Below, one piece after another: positions 47,060 through 51,874 of a DNA stretch of 51,874 nucleotides. Location of the stretch: positions 1-51,874 of the forward strand of contig CAJADV010000048.1 in assembly GCA_903938575.1 (NCBI GenBank), read 5' to 3'. A program made the position numbers and the translations under genes. Within the stretch, counting starts at the first letter, position 1; every line of letters starts with the position of its first letter. The notes under the pieces were generated by a model. It did no database searches. It saw only the letters and a list, made by a program, of their open reading frames with translations, and had not been told where the DNA came from. This stretch comes from an uncultured Gammaproteobacteria bacterium (GTDB taxonomy: Bacteria; Pseudomonadota; Gammaproteobacteria; Pseudomonadales; UBA5518).

Positions 47060-47839
47060 ATGCAGAACCCGCTCGACATGCAAGGGCGCCTCGTCGTTGT
47101 CACCGGGGGTGCCCGCGGCGTGGGCGCGGGCATCAGCCGCAGTTTCCTAGAGGCTGGCGCCGATGTTGCCGTTATCGGGCGCAGCGCCCCGGAGACGCCC
47201 GTGTCGGCCGGCGGGCGGGAGGCCGGATTCTTTGCCGCCGACGTCCGCGACCCGGAACAACTGGCCGCAGCCTTCACGGCGATCGTGGAGCGTTTCGGAC
47301 GGATCGATGTGCTGGTGAACAACGCCGGCGGCTCACCACCCTCGGAGGCCGCGACCGCCTCGCCACGCTTTGCGGAGTCGATCATCCGCCTGAACCTGCT
47401 GGCGCCGTTCAATGCGGCGCAATGCGCCAATCGCGTGATGCAGCAACAACCCGAGGGCGGCACCATCATCAATATCGCCAGCGTCAGCGCGATACGCCCC
47501 TCCCCGGGCACCGCCGCCTACGGCGCGGCCAAGGCGGGACTGGTCAACCTCACCGCCTCGCTCGCCGTGGAATGGGCCCCGAAGGTGCGGGTGGTGGCGG
47601 TGATTTCCGGGCTGGTCGACACCGAACAATCACACCTCTACTACGGCGATGCCGAGGGTGTGGCAGCGGTGGGCAGGACCATTCCGCTCGGCCGGATGGC
47701 CGTGCCTGCGGACATCGGGCAGGTCTGCCTCTTCCTGGCCTCGCCGATGGCCGCCTACGTGTCGGGGTCGGCGCTGACGGTGCACGGCGGAGGCGAAGCC
47801 CCGGCCTTCCTTGCGGCCTCGAACGCGGCCGCGCGCTAA
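47060..47839 (+). CDS. short-chain dehydrogenase/reductase (SDR)
   Basis: VVTGGARGVGAG cofactor motif, NNAG and YGAAK catalytic motif. ATG 47060 with a CAGGAG RBS. Confidence 0.9.
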   Translation: MQNPLDMQGRLVVVTGGARGVGAGISRSFLEAGADVAVIGRSAPETPVSAGGREAGFFAADVRDPEQLAAAFTAIVERFGRIDVLVNNAGGSPPSEAATASPRFAESIIRLNLLAPFNAAQCANRVMQQQPEGGTIINIASVSAIRPSPGTAAYGAAKAGLVNLTASLAVEWAPKVRVVAVISGLVDTEQSHLYYGDAEGVAAVGRTIPLGRMAVPADIGQVCLFLASPMAAYVSGSALTVHGGGEAPAFLAASNAAAR

Positions 47840-47846
47840 ACCTGCC

Positions 47847-48473
47847 TCAGGTCTTGCGCGAGCCCGCTTTTGGCGCCGCGCCAGGACCCGAACGCTTTAG
47901 GGGTGCCTTTTTGGACGGCACAGGCCTGACTGCGGCGGCCTTTGCCGCAGCAACCTTCGCGGAAGATGGCTTGCGTGCGGCGGGCTTGCGTGCGGCGGGC
48001 TTGCGTGCGGCGGGCTTGCCTGCGGCGGGCTTGCGGGAGCCGGCGGTTTTGCGGGTCGCGCCCGGGGGCTGCGCGCCTGCAGACGCGGCCGGCACACCAA
48101 GCGCCTGCGCCAGGCCATCCACCCGACGCGCCAAGGCATCCAGTCGGCCGCTGATGGCGGTGTCCAGACCCACCTTGTCACGCACGCGCCGGATCATGTC
48201 CTCGACGCTCCGGGTGTTGCTGCCGACGCGCTCGGTAATACGGCTGCGCGCCTCGTCGATGCGACTGCGGATACCGCTGCGGCTGTGCTCCTCGATCTGC
48301 TGGCCCTTGTCGACCAGTTCCTGGAAGAGTCGCGAGGCCTCGCCCCCGGCGCGGCCGAGGTGTTGCTGGGCGTCCTCGAGACTCTGGCCATAGGCGCCAA
48401 GGCCCGCGAGCCATATCCTGCGGGCGAGGCTTTCAGCCTGTTCCGCCGACTTTTGCCTGGGAGAACGGGCCAT
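47847..48473 (-). CDS. PhaF-like polyhydroxyalkanoate granule-associated protein (phasin) with H1-like AARKP repeat tail
   Basis: The N-terminal ARRIWLAGLGAYG...ASRLFQELVDKGQ pattern matches PHA granule-associated proteins. The C-terminus is KPAAGKPAARKPAARKPAARKPSSAKVAAAKAAA. Confidence 0.72.
   Translation of the reverse strand: MARSPRQKSAEQAESLARRIWLAGLGAYGQSLEDAQQHLGRAGGEASRLFQELVDKGQQIEEHSRSGIRSRIDEARSRITERVGSNTRSVEDMIRRVRDKVGLDTAISGRLDALARRVDGLAQALGVPAASAGAQPPGATRKTAGSRKPAAGKPAARKPAARKPAARKPSSAKVAAAKAAAVRPVPSKKAPLKRSGPGAAPKAGSRKT
47968..48042. repeat. 15-bp tandem repeat (about 5 copies) inside the phasin gene
   Basis: GGCTTGCGTGCGGCG occurs three times exactly (47968-48012), followed by two diverged copies. 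It is in frame and encodes the AARKP pentapeptide on the minus strand. Confidence 0.9.
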
Positions 48474-48552
48474 GGGCGTGTCCTCGCGTCATAAGGGAAT
48501 TTCGCAGGAACCATAGCATCTGGCATCGGCCAGCGCATCCGGGTACTGTTCG

Positions 48553-49200
48553 GTGATGAAGACGCGCGAGCGCATCCTGCAAGTCAGCCTCGAACTGTTC
48601 AACCGCGAAGGTGAACCCAACGTCACCACGGTCGACATCTCCAACGAGATGAACATCAGTCCAGGCAACCTCTACTACCATTTCCGCGGCAAGGAAGAAC
48701 TGGTGGGCGAACTCTTCGCCCGTTTCTACACCGAGGCACAACACATCCTGCGCGAGCCGCAGTCACGCCGCATCCCGATCGGGGAGTACGGCTACTATCT
48801 TGTGGTGGTCTTCGAGCACCTGCACGCCTACCGTTTCCTGTACCGCAACATCTCGCTGATCATGCAGCGCTACGAGGGCATCCAGCGCCCGTTCCGGCGG
48901 CTGATACAGCTAAAGCGCGACGCCGCCCGCACGGTCTGCCTGCAGATGCGCGATGCCGGGGTCCTGCGGGCCGACGAGACCCGCATCGACTTGCTGGCAC
49001 GCGCCATCGCCCTCACGCTCACCTACTGCATGAACTTCGACAATCTTCTCGCCGCCCGCGATGACGCCGACGACCAGCCGATCTACGATGGCGTACTGCA
49101 GGTAGCAGCACTGATTGCGCCCTACCTTGGCGAAGCCGAGAAAGAGTTCATGGACGCGGCGCTCGCACTGCACGCGCGCGCCCGGCCCGACCCACCCTGA
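48553..49200 (+). CDS. TetR-family transcriptional regulator
   Basis: RILQVSLELFNREGEPNVTTVDISNEMNISPGNLYYHF helix-turn-helix signature. The start is GTG 48553 or ATG 48556. It is divergent from the phasin gene. Confidence 0.9.
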   Translation: MMKTRERILQVSLELFNREGEPNVTTVDISNEMNISPGNLYYHFRGKEELVGELFARFYTEAQHILREPQSRRIPIGEYGYYLVVVFEHLHAYRFLYRNISLIMQRYEGIQRPFRRLIQLKRDAARTVCLQMRDAGVLRADETRIDLLARAIALTLTYCMNFDNLLAARDDADDQPIYDGVLQVAALIAPYLGEAEKEFMDAALALHARARPDPP

Positions 49201-49220
49201 CAACACCCGGAAGCACCACG

Positions 49221-49952
49221 ATGGACCAGCCCACTCCCCCGAAAATCCTGAAGATCTGCGGGTTCCTCGCCCTCGCCCTGCTGGCCGCGTTGCCGCTGGC
49301 GCCGCTCGCCACGCGCTTCGGGCTGCTCGGCTGGCAATCAGGCCTGCCGCTCACGGCGCTCGCGGTGGTGGGTTCGGGCCTGCTGCTCTGCGTGCTGGTG
49401 TTCCTGTTCTTCCGACCCGCACTGCGCGCGGTGCGCCCGCTCACCGCAGCCATCGCGGGCGTGGCGCTCGCGCCGGTGATGGCCGGCGCCCTGGTGGTAC
49501 TGCCTGCCGGCGACAAACCGGTGATCCACGACATCAGCACAGACATCACCGATCCGCCCCAATTCGTCGCCGCTCCCGCACGACGCGGCCCGGGCGCCAA
49601 TCCCCTCGAGCGAGGCCCCGAAGTCGACGCGCTGCAATCTTCAGGCTACCCCACGCTCACCGGCATCGAATCCTCGCTGGCGCCGGAGGCGGCCTTCGCA
49701 CGGGCACTCGAGGTGGCTAAGAGCCTGGGCTGGGAGGTTTATGCGCAGGACGCCGCGGCGGGTACGCTGGAGGCAAGCCAGACGACGTTCTGGTTCGGCT
49801 TCGTGGATGACGTGGCGATCCGGATACGCCCCGCCCCCAACGGCAGCCGCCTCGATCTGCGCTCGGCGAGCCGGGTGGGGCGCGGCGACCTTGGCGCCAA
49901 CGCAGCACGCATCCAGCGCTTCGAGCTCGCCTTCGCCGCTAACCCAGACTGA
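49221..49952 (+). CDS. DUF1499-family membrane protein
   Basis: N-terminal TM helices, then DISTDITDPPQF...RSASRVGRGDLGANAARI, which is typical of DUF1499. Confidence 0.7.
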   Translation: MDQPTPPKILKICGFLALALLAALPLAPLATRFGLLGWQSGLPLTALAVVGSGLLLCVLVFLFFRPALRAVRPLTAAIAGVALAPVMAGALVVLPAGDKPVIHDISTDITDPPQFVAAPARRGPGANPLERGPEVDALQSSGYPTLTGIESSLAPEAAFARALEVAKSLGWEVYAQDAAAGTLEASQTTFWFGFVDDVAIRIRPAPNGSRLDLRSASRVGRGDLGANAARIQRFELAFAANPD

Positions 49953-50400
49953 TCTCAACGCCGCGATTGCGGCGCTGGGCGAGTTTCGCCACCGAGATCG
50001 CCAGCATGCCGGCCTCGAAGCTGGCGGCGATGTGGTCGATGTCGGCATCCTCGGGCAGCGCGAAACTCCGGGTGAAATGCCCCGATGCGCGCTCGCGCCG
50101 ATGGTATCGGCGCTTGTCCCGGTCGTTGGCCGGCTCACGCTGACCCTGCACCGTGAGCACGCCCGCGTCCACCGACACCCGCACGTCTTCCTTGCCGATG
50201 CCCGGCAGTTCGGCCTCGATCAAATAGGCGGTGGGCGTCTCCGAGACATCCACCACTGGCTGCCACTCGGCACTGGAGAGGTGCTCCGAGCGGCCGGGCG
50301 GCAGGGGCTCGGCCGCCGGTCGCGTCACGCCTCGGGCACGCGCATGGCGCTCCAGTAGTTCCTCCATCTCGCGCAGCGAATCCCAGCGTGAAATACCCAT
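49939..50400 (-). CDS. Hsp20/alpha-crystallin small heat-shock protein
   Basis: WQPVVDVSETPTAYLIEAELPGIGKEDVRVSVDAGVLTVQGQR...GHFTRSFALP...GMLAISV. ATG 50400 has an AAGGAG RBS. The longer track ORF is an artefact. Confidence 0.9.
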   Translation of the reverse strand: MGISRWDSLREMEELLERHARARGVTRPAAEPLPPGRSEHLSSAEWQPVVDVSETPTAYLIEAELPGIGKEDVRVSVDAGVLTVQGQREPANDRDKRRYHRRERASGHFTRSFALPEDADIDHIAASFEAGMLAISVAKLAQRRNRGVEISLG

Positions 50401-50470
50401 GGCGCAGGCTCCTTGCAGGACATGACGACCGCAGGTTGCACGGTGCGGAATGCGTCCGCATTGACCCGGG

Positions 50471-51874
50471 TCAAGCCGCAGGGAAAACCACCGCGCGCAG
50501 CGCGTCCACCAGGAGCGCCAGGCTGACCGAATCGTCTCCAGCCACACGCAGCGTGCCGGATTCGAGCGCGGGATCCGGCGGCTCACAGACCGCGAGTTGT
50601 GATTCGAGCACGGCGATGTCGGCCTCGGAGGCGTCACTGCCGGCGGCATGACGCACCGCAACGCGACGCCGCAGTTCTTCGCTCGGGGCATCGCAGTGCA
50701 GCACCACGAAAGGCACACCGAGCCGCACCGCCAGTGCGCGGAAGCGTTCGCGCAGCCCGCGCTGGATGAAGGTGGCATCGAGTATCACCGGATGCCCCGC
50801 AGCGATCACCGTGCAGGCGAGTTCCTCGAGCCGCGCGAAGGTCCTCGCGCCGGCCTGGCGCGTGTAGATGTCGGGCATGCCCGGCACGCGCGTGTCGGCA
50901 TCGGCGGCGAGTCCGAAAAGCCGCTTGCGTTCGACGTCAGAGCGGATGCGGATCGCGTGGAGTTCACCGGCCAGCGCCAGCGCCACGGTTGACTTGCCGG
51001 AACCCGAGACCCCGCAAGTAATCGCAAGAAACCGCTGGCGTGGCTGCCCGAAACTGCTGGCAAGCGCGGCATAACGCTGGAATTGCAAGTGCGACGGGGA
51101 CTCGCTTTCGACCGGGGGCCGTCCGGCCAGCAACGCAACCTTGGCGCGCACCACCGCGCGATAGGAACGGCAGAGATCGAGGATGCCGAGCCCCTCGTAA
51201 TCGCCGTTCGTCTCGAGCCAGGCATTCAGGGCCACGAAACCGCCGGCCGGCACGCCGCGAGCCTCGCAGTCCATGACGAGGAAAGCCATCTCGCTCATCA
51301 CATCGATCCAGCGCAGGCGCGCGTTGAACTCGATGCAGTCGAAGGGGAGCACGTGCTCACCCTCGACCAACAGGTTGCCGAGGTGCAGGTCGCCGTGACA
51401 TTCGCGCACCCACCCCGCAGCGTGACGACGCCACAACAGGCTCTCCAGCCGGCGCCAATCCGCCCAGGTGCGCTCCTCCACCACATTCAGCACGTCGATG
51501 TCGCTACGCTCGCGCAGATAGGGCCTGATCTGGCGCAGATTCTCTGCGAGCGCATCGCGGAAATGCGGCGGCACGCCCTCGCAATCGGGATCGTCTGCAG
51601 GCGCGCGCGGCAGCGCGAGATGCAGCCGTGCGAGATCTGTGCCCAGTCGCCACCACAGGGAACGCGGCACGACACCGTCGGCCGCGCGCTCGGCGAGCAG
51701 CGCGCCATCGGCAAAGCGGCGCATGCGCACCGCGAACTCGAGCACCTCGCCCGCCCCCGCCACGCAGGGACCATCTGGCCCGCGGACGATGGCCACCACA
51801 TCGAGATAGAGCGCCGGGGCGAAACGGCGGTTCAGCCGCAGCTCCTCGAAGCAGAACCGACGCCTCGCCTCAAG
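50471..51874 (-). CDS. bifunctional APH-like phosphotransferase / P-loop ATP-binding protein (5' end outside window)
   Basis: The frame stays open to the window edge (LEARRRFCFEELRLNRRFAPALYLDVVAIV...). Kinase catalytic-loop motif CHGDLHLGNLL. C-terminal Walker A motif CGVSGSGKST. Confidence 0.75.
   Translation of the reverse strand, partial: LEARRRFCFEELRLNRRFAPALYLDVVAIVRGPDGPCVAGAGEVLEFAVRMRRFADGALLAERAADGVVPRSLWWRLGTDLARLHLALPRAPADDPDCEGVPPHFRDALAENLRQIRPYLRERSDIDVLNVVEERTWADWRRLESLLWRRHAAGWVRECHGDLHLGNLLVEGEHVLPFDCIEFNARLRWIDVMSEMAFLVMDCEARGVPAGGFVALNAWLETNGDYEGLGILDLCRSYRAVVRAKVALLAGRPPVESESPSHLQFQRYAALASSFGQPRQRFLAITCGVSGSGKSTVALALAGELHAIRIRSDVERKRLFGLAADADTRVPGMPDIYTRQAGARTFARLEELACTVIAAGHPVILDATFIQRGLRERFRALAVRLGVPFVVLHCDAPSEELRRRVAVRHAAGSDASEADIAVLESQLAVCEPPDPALESGTLRVAGDDSVSLALLVDALRAVVFPAA

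Noticed and set aside
47968-48042. Tandem repeat as a possible CRISPR or minisatellite element
   Set aside because: The units are contiguous 15-mers without spacers. They are in frame inside a coding tail and encode AARKP repeats, so this is not a CRISPR array.
50401-50470. Search for a sigma-32 heat-shock promoter upstream of the Hsp20 gene
   Set aside because: The 70-nt spacer contains no CTTGAAA...CCCCAT-like match. The gene may be co-transcribed with the upstream kinase gene, or use a promoter I cannot recognise.

Overview
This is a GC-rich bacterial chromosomal segment. Gene order and protein motifs suggest a gammaproteobacterium, which is an inference. I support 54 protein-coding genes. 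I recognised no rRNA, tRNA, CRISPR array, transposase or integrase.

**Block 1 (1-8396, + strand).** This is a tightly overlapping eight-gene operon. It encodes:
- a TPR protein;
- a membrane-anchored PEGA-array protein with a non-catalytic FGE-sulfatase domain;
- a small secreted Pro/Ala-rich protein;
- a MotA/TolQ/ExbB-type channel;
- a degenerate Hsp70-like protein with an FHA-like tail;
- two paralogous proteins built as an ExbD/TolR-like TM helix (conserved Asp), a coiled coil and a vWA domain (intact MIDAS);
- a lipoprotein.

I regard it as a candidate uncharacterised proton-motive-force-driven envelope system. It is the main finding.

**Block 2 (8.4-38.7 kb).** The genes are mostly housekeeping:
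- a P450-YtfJ-metallopeptidase operon;
- trpS, apeB, tsaB, an H1-like protein, hemH, adk;
- mazG-relA-cysM-recO-era-rnc-(DUF4845)-lepB-lepA;
- mucD-rseB-rseA-rpoE;
- nadB, sdhE-ygfX, ygfZ, an HDOD protein, ung.

**Block 3 (38.6-46.9 kb, - strand).** This block holds a complete cofactor F420 biosynthesis set (npdG-cofE-cofD-cofC-fbiC). It is followed by an F420-type LLM oxidoreductase, a SnoaL-like protein and a sulfotransferase.

**Window end.** The remaining genes are an SDR, a PhaF-like phasin with a 15-bp tandem repeat, a TetR regulator, a DUF1499 protein, an Hsp20 and a truncated APH-like kinase/P-loop protein.

Many long ORFs in the six-frame track are antisense shadows typical of GC-rich DNA and are rejected. 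All family assignments come from motif recognition by eye. No database search was run.
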